Assembly (NCBI GenBank): GCA_029007435.1 | Contig: JAQXHU010000122.1 | Coordinates: 4,063-68,062, forward strand | Length of the DNA: 64,000 bases | Direction: 5' to 3' | DNA from: Bacteroidales bacterium | GTDB lineage: Bacteria > Bacteroidota > Bacteroidia > Bacteroidales > UBA932 | Shown: one piece after another, positions 47,275 to 56,651 of the stretch | Layout: each line of letters starts with the position of its first letter | Position numbering within the stretch: the first letter of the stretch is position 1 | Notes under the pieces: model-generated | The model's input: only the letters and a program-made list of their open reading frames with translations | The model's database searches: none | What the model was told of the DNA's origin: nothing | Program-made: the position numbers and the translations under genes

Positions 47275-48615
47275 TCAGCTCCAGATACGGTCATTGGAGA
47301 ACTCTGTATTCCATTCATCTGTAGGCTCCCACAGACCAGGGATGTCCGGATTGATGTGCTCCGCTATCAGGTCCTCGTTCAGGCCGGTAATTCCCAGGCC
47401 AGGCCCGTCAGGAACCTGTATGAACCCGTCCTTGACCAGAGGTTTCGGAAGTCCTTCCACCAGATCCTGCCACCAAGGCACATCGACTGAGTGCAATTCC
47501 ATAGCGAGCACATTGTGCATAGCGGCGGCAACGTGCACTGCTGCCATACAGGCTATCGGGCTCTCGGCCATATGAATGGCCACGGCGACACCGTTCTCGT
47601 CCGCCATATCAGCGATTTTCTTGAGTTCCAACGCCCCGCCGCAGGTAAGGATGTCAGGATGGATAACCGACACGCAATGCCCCTTTATGAGCGGCTCGAA
47701 ATTCTCCTTCAGATATATGTCCTCTCCCGTCGCGACCGGAATGGTCGTGGAATCGTGGAGACGCCTGTACTGGTCAGGATAAATCCACGGAACCATATCT
47801 TCCATCCAGGCGATATTGTATTTTTCAACCCGTCTGGCGAAACGGATGCAGTCCTCGACACAGACGTGTCCGAAATGGTCAATCGCAAGTGGCACTTCAT
47901 AGCCGATGACATCCCTGACATCTTTCACATATTTCTCAAGAATATCCAGCCCGTGCTCCGTGATATGGATTCCCGTGAACGGATGGGCCGTTGTCACAAT
48001 GTCATAACTCCTTGTCCTGCTGACCATATCAGCCGTCACCGACCCGCTCTGCACATTCAGGATATGAGGGGCGTATGTCTTCATATCCTCAATGAAGCCG
48101 AGAGGAGCGCACAATGCGCCGGGCTCGTCAAGGAGCATCCCTATCCCCAGGTCCATCTTGAGGAAAGTGAAGCCCATCTCCATCCTTTTCTTCAGGGCGT
48201 GTCCCATAGCGATACCGTCATTGTCCTTGCCGTCCGCATCAGTGTCACAGTAAACACGCACGCAGTCCCTGAATTTTCCGCCAAGCATCTGGTACAGAGG
48301 CACTCCGTACGCCTTGCCGGCAAGATCCCACAAGGCTATCTCCACGCCGGACACTCCTCCGCCCTGACGGGACGGGCCGCCGAACTGCTTGATTTTATGG
48401 AACAGCCTGTCAACATTGCAAGGGTTTTCTCCGAGGAGACGGCTTTTCAGCATCAGGGCGTATGTCTTGCTTGACGCATCTCGCACTTCCCCATAGCCCA
48501 CGATGCTCTGGTTCGTATATATCTTCAACAAAGAGCATCTTTTAGGTGCGTCTGTAATATCGGCGAACCTGATATCTGTTATCTTCAATGTCGAAGGATC
48601 AATTCTGTTGTTCAT
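47275..48615 (-). CDS. Mandelate racemase/muconate lactonising enzyme family (acid-sugar dehydratase-like)
   Basis: GENPCNVDRL, SGVEIALWDLAGK, KMD, IDH, WMED, TGED, HPD, PGLGI. Confidence 0.9.
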   Translation of the reverse strand: MNNRIDPSTLKITDIRFADITDAPKRCSLLKIYTNQSIVGYGEVRDASSKTYALMLKSRLLGENPCNVDRLFHKIKQFGGPSRQGGGVSGVEIALWDLAGKAYGVPLYQMLGGKFRDCVRVYCDTDADGKDNDGIAMGHALKKRMEMGFTFLKMDLGIGMLLDEPGALCAPLGFIEDMKTYAPHILNVQSGSVTADMVSRTRSYDIVTTAHPFTGIHITEHGLDILEKYVKDVRDVIGYEVPLAIDHFGHVCVEDCIRFARRVEKYNIAWMEDMVPWIYPDQYRRLHDSTTIPVATGEDIYLKENFEPLIKGHCVSVIHPDILTCGGALELKKIADMADENGVAVAIHMAESPIACMAAVHVAAAMHNVLAMELHSVDVPWWQDLVEGLPKPLVKDGFIQVPDGPGLGITGLNEDLIAEHINPDIPGLWEPTDEWNTEFSNDRIWS

Positions 48616-48673
48616 AAAAATGATATTATCTCATTAATAAATTAGTAATCAGCCTGAAATCCTGTTTTCACAA

Positions 48674-49435
48674 TCAGGTGAAAGGTATGGACATCCCGCC
48701 ATCTACAGGCAGGTCCGTACCGGTTATGTACCTTCCCTCCTCCGAACAGAACAGAAGTATGGCAGGCGCGATATCCTCAGGCTTGGCCGTGAACTTCACC
48801 GGAATGGAATTCACGATTTTGGCCCTGTACGCCTCATCCGACAGCGCCTCGACATTCCTGACAGTCTCGACCACGCCCGGGGCCACATTGTTGATTGTGA
48901 TTCCGTCTGCGGCCAGCTGGACGGACAGAGTCATAACCAGATTGCGCAGGCTTGCCTTGGTCGCGGCATAAACCGCCATCGCAGTATTCGGCCTGTACTG
49001 CTGGACACTTCCCACCGTCACGATACGTCCCCAATGTCTTTCGCGCATTCCCGGGACGCAGGCCTGGATCAGGGCGAGGGACGACCTGAGATTGGTATGG
49101 ACCTGAAGGTCAAACTCTTCATTCGAAATCTGCTCCCAGGGGCGCCTGAACTGGACTGACGCATTCAGGACAAGGATATCGACATTGACACCGTTCTCCT
49201 TCATAAAAGCCTCAAAGTCCCGGCGCACGGAAGGAGAAGAAAGGTCATATTTCCAGGTCAGATATTCCGCGCCCATCGCATCCAGTTCATCAAGGGTCTT
49301 TCTGGCCACAGAATCCTCTGAGCGCCAACTGATTATGACCCGAGCTCCCTGCCGGGCGAGGAGAATGGCCACAGCCCTTCCTATTCCCTGACCGCTTCCG
49401 GTCACCAGAGCGGTCTTTCCTTTAAGATTGAACAT
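48674..49435 (-). CDS. SDR family oxidoreductase
   Basis: TGSGQGIG, YAATK, NNVAPG, YITG...VDGG. Confidence 0.92.
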   Translation of the reverse strand: MFNLKGKTALVTGSGQGIGRAVAILLARQGARVIISWRSEDSVARKTLDELDAMGAEYLTWKYDLSSPSVRRDFEAFMKENGVNVDILVLNASVQFRRPWEQISNEEFDLQVHTNLRSSLALIQACVPGMRERHWGRIVTVGSVQQYRPNTAMAVYAATKASLRNLVMTLSVQLAADGITINNVAPGVVETVRNVEALSDEAYRAKIVNSIPVKFTAKPEDIAPAILLFCSEEGRYITGTDLPVDGGMSIPFT

Positions 49436-49462
49436 AATATTAATCACTTTAATTATTCATCC

Positions 49463-50968
49463 CTATAAAGAACCTATCAGCACATCCAGGGTCTTTATTC
49501 TCTCTGCATAAGCATTTTTCAGGCGCAAGGCCGCATCATCAAATGACATTGTCTCGTCCCCGTTGTCCCGGCTGTCAGTAGGCCACATCTTTATGGTATA
49601 TCTCGCTGAACGTCTTATCTCATAAGTTATGTCCTCGATATCTCCGACAACTTTCTCAAACTCCGGTTTTGACTCAGCCCACTTCTCTTTCAACCTTGCG
49701 ACGAAAACCGGGTCCTTGAAAAGATACCCATACCACAAGGCATTCCCGGCATTCAGGAACTTCGTCACATTCGGCTTGAACGTGGTCCTGTCAAAATCCC
49801 AGACCGGCCCGGCTTTGAGCTTCCCTGACATATCCTTGTAAACGTGGCTGCTGTAGGCATCGTCGGCAGGGCCCGAATATTCGGCCAGTTCGTGGACCAG
49901 GAAATAATCGATGAACGAATCAATGTCCAGATAATCCGCATATTCCCTCGCCTCCAGCCTTGCCTCATCGGCCAGCATCGATTCCAGAGTGTTGATATAG
50001 TCCCTTATGTAGTTGAACTGCACATCCCTCACATCCGTATCAGGGGATTTCAGGTTGACCGGAAGATTGCGGATGGGAGTCCTGAATTTAAGCGGCTCGT
50101 CAAAATGACTGTCTATCTCAAGCATATATCCTCCGGTAAGAGCCTCACCCTCAATATCCTTCGCTGTATCCATCTCCCGGATCGGAATCCTGTTCTTGGC
50201 AATTTTTATGTGCTCGCACAAATAATAGTTGCCCAGATATCTTCCGTTCAGAATCACTTCCACGTGCCTTCCCCTCGGCGTCCATTCCAGATGCTTCGTC
50301 CTCGCGGAAATGGCAAGGGCGGCGGTATTCCTCATCAACGTGCGGTCAGCCCAGTTCGCCAACAGGTTCCACCGCTTGTCAGCCGGCATTCCGAGAACCT
50401 TCTGTTTGGAATCAAGCTTCAATGTATAAGGTTTCTTGGGGTATTCCCACGTGGTGTTCCCGCGTCCCTTGATTGAAGTCCCGCTTTCCAGCGCAACACT
50501 GCCGTCAGTGTCGATTATCCTGATCGAGGCCTCCGGAATCCAGTTTTCCTTGTCCACAATCTCCTGGCCGCCTGGTGTGTCGATGTAAACCACCGGAAGG
50601 TCGAAGAGAAAGACGTCATAATGGTTTTCCCTGCCCTGTTTCGAGACCACATTGTATCTCACAGGCGCAGTGCTCCTGGAGAAATCCACAAGCGTCACTC
50701 CGCTCTCCTGCTCCCGTTTGTCCACATACACAGCCTTTCCGTCGTGAAGAAAAGTGGCTTTCAGATATCTCAAATCCTTTCCATTGGGAACCGACACATA
50801 AATATGTCCGTCCGCTATCTCGAATGCATTGTAGACAGCATCCCCGTCCGAAAGAGAGAATGACTGGAATCCAGCAAGCACCGGGATCTCCTGGGGGCCC
50901 TTTTCCTTTGTGCAGGAAAGCACAAGCAGTAGGAGCAGGAAAAGACAATATTTGCTAAAAGTATCCAC
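49463..50968 (-). CDS. CotH kinase family lipoprotein
   Basis: GTG start overlapping the upstream gene, lipobox VLSC, IKGRGNTTW.YPKKPYTLKL, WNLLANWADRTLMRN, GPVWDFD. Confidence 0.88.
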   Translation of the reverse strand: MDTFSKYCLFLLLLLVLSCTKEKGPQEIPVLAGFQSFSLSDGDAVYNAFEIADGHIYVSVPNGKDLRYLKATFLHDGKAVYVDKREQESGVTLVDFSRSTAPVRYNVVSKQGRENHYDVFLFDLPVVYIDTPGGQEIVDKENWIPEASIRIIDTDGSVALESGTSIKGRGNTTWEYPKKPYTLKLDSKQKVLGMPADKRWNLLANWADRTLMRNTAALAISARTKHLEWTPRGRHVEVILNGRYLGNYYLCEHIKIAKNRIPIREMDTAKDIEGEALTGGYMLEIDSHFDEPLKFRTPIRNLPVNLKSPDTDVRDVQFNYIRDYINTLESMLADEARLEAREYADYLDIDSFIDYFLVHELAEYSGPADDAYSSHVYKDMSGKLKAGPVWDFDRTTFKPNVTKFLNAGNALWYGYLFKDPVFVARLKEKWAESKPEFEKVVGDIEDITYEIRRSARYTIKMWPTDSRDNGDETMSFDDAALRLKNAYAERIKTLDVLIGSL

Positions 50969-51698
50969 CTTTTTGAGTAATTGATTTTACTGAATCACCC
51001 TGTTCCACCCAGGAGAAAATTTTCTTCTCGTTCTCCCTGATTTCCTCGGCGCGCATAAGCACGTCATAAGCAATTTCGCGAGGCACCACAAGCACTCCGT
51101 CAATGTCTCCGAGAATGACATCTCCCGGCTTGATGGTAACGTTGCCGATTTTAATCGGAATCTGGTAATGGGTGATGAGGCAGCGGCCGAGACTCCCGTT
51201 GGAAATCCTGTATTCATAGAAGACAGGGAAATCAGCCGAAAGTATCTGATGCGTGTCACGGATACCTCCGTCTATGCACGCAGCCTTCACTTTCTTGCCC
51301 TTCGCTGTCGCTGTCATCACTCCTCCCCAGAGAGTGGCTTCCTGGTCGCGGCTTGTATCCCAGACTACGAAATGGTCTTCACCCATTTCATCAAGCATCT
51401 GCGTCCTGAACTCCATCTCGCCCTGAATCTTGACATTCGGGGCACTCTTCACTGTGAACGCGAATCCGGCCACAGTCCTGTACTCGCGAAGCGGCTTGAT
51501 CCTGTTCGGCAGAGCCTGATTGAGAAGGCAGAACTCGCGGAGCACATCATTCACCGCTCCAAGATACAACTGTTCGAACCTCTGCAGAAGTTCCTTGTCC
51601 GGAATAGGGAATTTGACATCTGAAATGCCTTCCCTTGATGCGATAAGCTTTTCAAGGTTCATCATCCCCACCTCTTTCCTGTACTGATCCACGCTCAT
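50955..51698 (-). CDS. RraA family / HMG-CHA-type class II pyruvate aldolase
   Basis: AGFAFTV, LWGGVM, IDGGIRD, IKPGDVILGDIDGVLVVP. Confidence 0.85.
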   Translation of the reverse strand: MSVDQYRKEVGMMNLEKLIASREGISDVKFPIPDKELLQRFEQLYLGAVNDVLREFCLLNQALPNRIKPLREYRTVAGFAFTVKSAPNVKIQGEMEFRTQMLDEMGEDHFVVWDTSRDQEATLWGGVMTATAKGKKVKAACIDGGIRDTHQILSADFPVFYEYRISNGSLGRCLITHYQIPIKIGNVTIKPGDVILGDIDGVLVVPREIAYDVLMRAEEIRENEKKIFSWVEQGDSVKSITQKGGYF

Positions 51699-51716
51699 AT
51701 TTATATAATCATATTT

Positions 51717-53759
51717 TTATTCAACATTGATTTCGTACCAGATTGTCTGATATTTCTCACTAATTTCTATCACAGCCTTCCCTTCCGCATTCTTCTTTAC
51801 CGGGACCTCGATTTTCCTGTCTCCGTTCTCATCCAGGGCCCAGCATTTTGTAGCATCGGCTTCAGATGCAAGAGTGACAGAAGCATTGATGCCTTCAGTC
51901 ATCATAGGAGCGGTGCCCCAGTCTTTCAGGCGGCAGGAGATGTATGTCGTAGGGTTTCCTTCAGCATCTTTCTCGACCGTGAATTTCGCATCTTTGTTGT
52001 GAGTGAATCCCGTGGCTGCAAGAAGCGTGGAGCCGGAGAGCATGCCATTTCCTTCTTTGCTGGCGAGAGAAATTGTAGCCCATCCAAGTTTTGTCTTGCC
52101 AAGAGCCACAGACACTCCGTCTCCAAGGTCAACGACCCTGCCTGCAGGAAAACCTGTGAAGAATTTGGAATTATCGGTACGGACGATGAACATTCCGTGG
52201 CCTGGTTCAGAATTGTTCCACTCTATTTCCCTGGTGTCGGAGAATATGACATCACCCATTTCCTCCTCTTCGAACCGGACCGGCTCAGCCTTGTGAATAT
52301 CAGTGACAATCTTATGCGCAAGCATATGCTTCCTGGTTATCCGCCCGTCTGTCTGTTCATTGATCAGCCGGACCGGGTCACTGGCGTTCGAAGGGTTTTT
52401 GACGAAATCGTCCTCGAATGCCTTCATCGGCACAACCGGGATGACAGCAGTATCAGCCTCCTTCACATCGCCTCTGAGATACATAGCCGCGCAGGCATTG
52501 AAATGCGCCAGCACATCGGTTCTTCCCGCGAACGAGAAGAAATACTCCTGGGACTCAGGCTCTTCGTCATATCTGTTGTTCCACGAATAGCTGAACACTC
52601 CGTCCCAGCCCTGGAAAGCGGCGTATGCGTGGAACATCGGCTGGCCCTCTGCCCCATAAAACGCCGGATACGGATGATTGTATTCGGTCACGGTGAACGG
52701 CTTTCCAGCATACCTTCTTGAAGCGAGCTCCGGCAGAGTTCCGCCATTGACGGAATTTGACATCGCGATATTGTTCTGCTTCCAATAGACATTGATGGAA
52801 GGATGCTGCCAATATGCATGCATATCATTGAAATCCATCTTCTCAAATGGCGAAGGCATCGAGAACTGCAGCTGCGTGGAAGTCACAGGGGCTTGGACGC
52901 GGAGCTCCTTTTTCAGGTAATCGTACATATTGTTCCAATGTTCGGACTCGAGCTTTTCCAAAGTATGGAACAAATCACGTTTTGTCTTCTCATCAACGCT
53001 TCCGTCTCTCAACTGCTTCACCGTCGGCCATTCAGGTTTCCTGACGGAACCCCTGATATATGAAGTGAAAATAGCGTCCTCATTATTGAGCTCAATAAGC
53101 GCGACCACAGGATCTTCCGCAAGAGAAAGGCCCGTATAAGGGTTGACGTGCGTCAGAAGATCATGGGCATATTCCTTTTCCTTTGCCTGGATATAAGGAT
53201 TGACCGCATTCAGGGATTTCATCGCATAGTTCTCCCTGGCCACATAAAGGTTCACATCGACATAGATGCCCCTCTCCTTGAATTGGCTGATCATATAGTC
53301 CAGACGGTCAAGCATTTCCGGATCTAAATTCCTGTCTGAACCGTCATTGGCGAAGATGCAGCCTTCATAAGCCAGCGGGAAAAAGTCAATACCGTAAGAG
53401 CAGTCCATAAAGTGCAGGCGCACACAGTTGATGCCGAAGCGCGCCATTCTGGCTGCCATACGCTCCGCCTGTTCGTGAGTCGGGAAATTGGCTGATGCCG
53501 TAAGGTTGGTAGCATTCAGCTTGACCCGTCCCTTGTCATTTACGAAATGGTCACCCTCCACCCTTATGAAACCATCCTTTCCGGCAGGAGCATCGAGCAG
53601 CGCACTGAAATCAGTCGCATTGTCCGCGCCGGCAAATGAAATCACAAAAGGGAACAGGCCATCATCTGACGGTATTATGTTGTCAGCCGCAGTCTGGGCC
53701 TTGCAGGCGCAAAGCAGGCCGACAACTGTAAATAATGCAAAATACTTTATTGTCCTCAT
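51717..53759 (-). CDS. Clan GH-A glycoside hydrolase (GH5/GH148-like), secreted or lipoprotein
   Basis: GINCVRLH, LDRLDY...KERGIYV, HVNPYTG...DP, ELNNE (acid/base), HAYWQH, PFTVTEY (nucleophile), QGWDG. Confidence 0.75.
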   Translation of the reverse strand: MRTIKYFALFTVVGLLCACKAQTAADNIIPSDDGLFPFVISFAGADNATDFSALLDAPAGKDGFIRVEGDHFVNDKGRVKLNATNLTASANFPTHEQAERMAARMARFGINCVRLHFMDCSYGIDFFPLAYEGCIFANDGSDRNLDPEMLDRLDYMISQFKERGIYVDVNLYVARENYAMKSLNAVNPYIQAKEKEYAHDLLTHVNPYTGLSLAEDPVVALIELNNEDAIFTSYIRGSVRKPEWPTVKQLRDGSVDEKTKRDLFHTLEKLESEHWNNMYDYLKKELRVQAPVTSTQLQFSMPSPFEKMDFNDMHAYWQHPSINVYWKQNNIAMSNSVNGGTLPELASRRYAGKPFTVTEYNHPYPAFYGAEGQPMFHAYAAFQGWDGVFSYSWNNRYDEEPESQEYFFSFAGRTDVLAHFNACAAMYLRGDVKEADTAVIPVVPMKAFEDDFVKNPSNASDPVRLINEQTDGRITRKHMLAHKIVTDIHKAEPVRFEEEEMGDVIFSDTREIEWNNSEPGHGMFIVRTDNSKFFTGFPAGRVVDLGDGVSVALGKTKLGWATISLASKEGNGMLSGSTLLAATGFTHNKDAKFTVEKDAEGNPTTYISCRLKDWGTAPMMTEGINASVTLASEADATKCWALDENGDRKIEVPVKKNAEGKAVIEISEKYQTIWYEINVE

Positions 53760-53765
53760 ACTCAA

Positions 53766-55331
53766 TTAAAAAGTTATTGTGTCACCATCCTCCTTGAGAT
53801 AGAATTCCTTTGTGATTTCATTTCCGTCAGCATCCTTCCAGGTGATTCTGTAGTTGCCTTTGAAGCCACGGAAATTGACTGTTCCGCTCTTGCCGAGCTT
53901 GACTGTCATTTTCGTCTTCCACTCATTGTTGATAAGATTGTCAAGGGCGAAGAACGAGGCCTTAGGCTTCATGTCACGGTCAAAAAGGCCTGAGACTGAA
54001 GGCTCTCCCGGAGCTCCGCAGTCATCCACCACATTCCACCAGGTGATTCCCATCATAGGCTTGAGACTGAACCAGAGGCGATAAAGATTGGTGGCGATGA
54101 TAGCCTGGATCTGACGGCCGCGAAGGTCATTGCCCGGAGCCGTGATGGTTATCTCACTCAGGTGGATAGGCTTTCCGGCCTGGGAAAGCAGGTCTGACCA
54201 CTTGTAAATCTGCCCCGGTGTCTGGATCTCCTTTCCCGCAGCTATGTCAAGGCACTGCTGAGGGTCGAAAAGATGCATCTGGGCACCCATTATGTCAATC
54301 TTGCATCCCCTTGCGGTAAGGTCCTTGACCTGGTCAAGATAGTCCTGGCCCATATTGTAGTCATTGATATTGAGCTTAATATTGTCAGGGAAGCACTGTT
54401 GCGCAAGTTTGAAGGCCTTGTAAGTGTAGTCCGCCGGCATAATGCCGTAATTGCTCTTGATAAGCCGGCCTCCCGGATTCATCTTGTGGAAATCCGTGGA
54501 ACTCTCGTTCACCACATCCCAGCTGTGGATGCGTCCGCCATAATGCAGGGCCAGGTCTTTCACCCTCTTGGAGAACAGGCTGTCAACTGTACGGGTATAT
54601 TCCGGAAGAGCGTCTGAAATCTGGTCATCAGTGAGAGATCTGTAAAGGTCAGTATATTTCTCTATGACCTGCTTGTTCTTGGGGTAAACATACTTTGAGA
54701 CATAAGTGTCCATCACCGCCTTCTCTTCCGGATTCATAAGATTGTCTATGATCCAGTTTGGATGCTGCCATTCACGGTTGCCCCAGATTATGGTGTGGCC
54801 GTGAAGGCGTATGCCTTTGCTCTCGCAGAACTCCACGACCTGGTCTGCGGAAGGCCTGCGCCAATGAGGCTGATACTTGGGGTCTTTGCAGTTGTTCCAG
54901 AACTCCTCGGTATCCCAGTACTCTGTGTTGTAACGCGGACGTCCGGGTTCAAGCTCGAATTTCTTCCAATAGAAAGCGATAGTCGCCGAATTGAAGAGGG
55001 TACCGTAAAGTTCCTTGTATTTTTCATTGCGCTCGTGAGTTCCGAGCTGGTTGAAATTGAAGATATGGGCTCCGAAAATGAAATCGTGGGATACCTGTTC
55101 TATCCTGACTTCCGTACCGGCCGGAGCATTGAATTTCAGGACCGCATCCGCCTTTCTGTTCGCCTCGATGTCCGCATCAATCCTGGACTGCACGGAAGGG
55201 TTCCAGATTTCCCAGTAGGCGTCACTCATAATATGGTCCTTGTCCGCTTTCCTGGAAGTCGGGAAAGAGTTCTGCGCAGGTAGAAGTATTGAGGCACAGA
55301 AGAATGCGAGGATTGGAAGTATTCTTTTCAT
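53766..55331 (-). CDS. Glycoside hydrolase family 10 (divergent, xylanase-like)
   Basis: Signal peptide, LHGHTIIW, WDVVNE, INDYN, GAQMH, IHLSE, GITWW, FRGFKG. Confidence 0.85.
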   Translation of the reverse strand: MKRILPILAFFCASILLPAQNSFPTSRKADKDHIMSDAYWEIWNPSVQSRIDADIEANRKADAVLKFNAPAGTEVRIEQVSHDFIFGAHIFNFNQLGTHERNEKYKELYGTLFNSATIAFYWKKFELEPGRPRYNTEYWDTEEFWNNCKDPKYQPHWRRPSADQVVEFCESKGIRLHGHTIIWGNREWQHPNWIIDNLMNPEEKAVMDTYVSKYVYPKNKQVIEKYTDLYRSLTDDQISDALPEYTRTVDSLFSKRVKDLALHYGGRIHSWDVVNESSTDFHKMNPGGRLIKSNYGIMPADYTYKAFKLAQQCFPDNIKLNINDYNMGQDYLDQVKDLTARGCKIDIMGAQMHLFDPQQCLDIAAGKEIQTPGQIYKWSDLLSQAGKPIHLSEITITAPGNDLRGRQIQAIIATNLYRLWFSLKPMMGITWWNVVDDCGAPGEPSVSGLFDRDMKPKASFFALDNLINNEWKTKMTVKLGKSGTVNFRGFKGNYRITWKDADGNEITKEFYLKEDGDTITF

Positions 55332-55354
55332 CAGTTTGGTTTTATTAAATATAT

Positions 55355-56593
55355 TTATTCTGTTGTAGTTATGTATTCGCGTTCAAAGAAAAATCTTTTC
55401 GCGGCAAGCACCACCAGTCCTCCGGCAAGGAAGAATGCCCCGAGCATTGAAATGCCCACTGACATACCGTATTTGTCCCCTATCACTCCGAGAACAGAAG
55501 AAGCTACCGAGCCTACAAGAAAAGCGAAACAGGTCATAATTCCCACGGACGAGGCCCTGTATTTAGGCTCGATCACATCAAATGCCGCCGCATACAGATT
55601 CGAATCATAAACACCCCTGAAAAAGCCGAAGAGCGCAAGGCAGATGCAGCTGAACCATAATGCGTCTGTCCATCCCATAAGGAAGATGAAAGGAGCCCCG
55701 AGAAGAAGGCCGGCGGCCTCTGTGGTCATCCTGAACGAACGCTTGGTTATACAATATCTGTCAGAAAGCCTGCCTCCAAGAAGCACACCGGCAAGAGCCA
55801 GCGCGAAATGGCAGAACATCGCCACAAAACTTGCCGTGGAGAGGGACAGTCCGAACTTCTCGTGATAGAATGTGGACATCCAGGTGGTATATCCGATATT
55901 CACGAAAACCTGGCATCCGAAAGCTATGCACAGGCACCAGATCGTCTTTTTGGAGAATATTCCCTGCACAAGCTCTTTCAGTGGGATGCGGCCGGAATCG
56001 CCTTCAGCCTCCTTGATCTGCGGAGTGTCCTTCATCCTGAAAAGAATGTAGAACGCTATCAAGAGACCTCCTATGCCGAAAGTAAAGAACGAGTACCTCC
56101 ATCCAATGTGCTCGCCGATGTATGCGGCGAGGAATCCGCTTGCAATGATTCCTACGTACAAGGCCGTCTGGTGAATGGACATCGCCATCGCGCGGGTCTT
56201 CTCGTGATACTGGTTTATCAGGGAAGTCGCAGCCGGATAATAGAAAGCTTCGCCACCGCCTGTCGTTATGCCGCGAAGGACAATGAGCCCGACAAGGCCG
56301 CCGGCAAGACCTGTCAACAATGTTCCAATGCTGAAGATGAAGAGACTAGTAACAACTATCCATTTCCTCTTCAGGAAGTCCCCCAAATATCCTCCAATCG
56401 GTACAAGGCATCCGTAAACCAATGAAAACACGGTGACGACAATTCCAAGTTGCGTAGAGGTAAGACCGAGGTCACTTCTTATCAGCGGAAGCACTGCAGC
56501 GTAAATCTGCCGGTCGCCCTGATTGAGGAAATATGCGAACCATAACATCAGGATGAGTTCCCATTTGTATGGCAGTCCTTTTACTTTCTTCAT
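55355..56593 (-). CDS. MFS transporter (anion:cation symporter-like, sugar acid)
   Basis: LWFAYFLNQGDRQ, GYLGD...RK, GGGEAFYYP, GWRYSF; about 12 TM segments. Start set at ATG 56593. Confidence 0.9.
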   Translation of the reverse strand: MKKVKGLPYKWELILMLWFAYFLNQGDRQIYAAVLPLIRSDLGLTSTQLGIVVTVFSLVYGCLVPIGGYLGDFLKRKWIVVTSLFIFSIGTLLTGLAGGLVGLIVLRGITTGGGEAFYYPAATSLINQYHEKTRAMAMSIHQTALYVGIIASGFLAAYIGEHIGWRYSFFTFGIGGLLIAFYILFRMKDTPQIKEAEGDSGRIPLKELVQGIFSKKTIWCLCIAFGCQVFVNIGYTTWMSTFYHEKFGLSLSTASFVAMFCHFALALAGVLLGGRLSDRYCITKRSFRMTTEAAGLLLGAPFIFLMGWTDALWFSCICLALFGFFRGVYDSNLYAAAFDVIEPKYRASSVGIMTCFAFLVGSVASSVLGVIGDKYGMSVGISMLGAFFLAGGLVVLAAKRFFFEREYITTTE

Positions 56594-56651
56594 CTTCACT
56601 TCATTATAATTCGCACCCCGCCCCATTCAGGACAGGGTGCAGTAAATAATA

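Noticed and set aside
47491-48474. 327-aa plus-strand ORF
   Set aside because: Antisense to the enolase-family gene, with no independent support.
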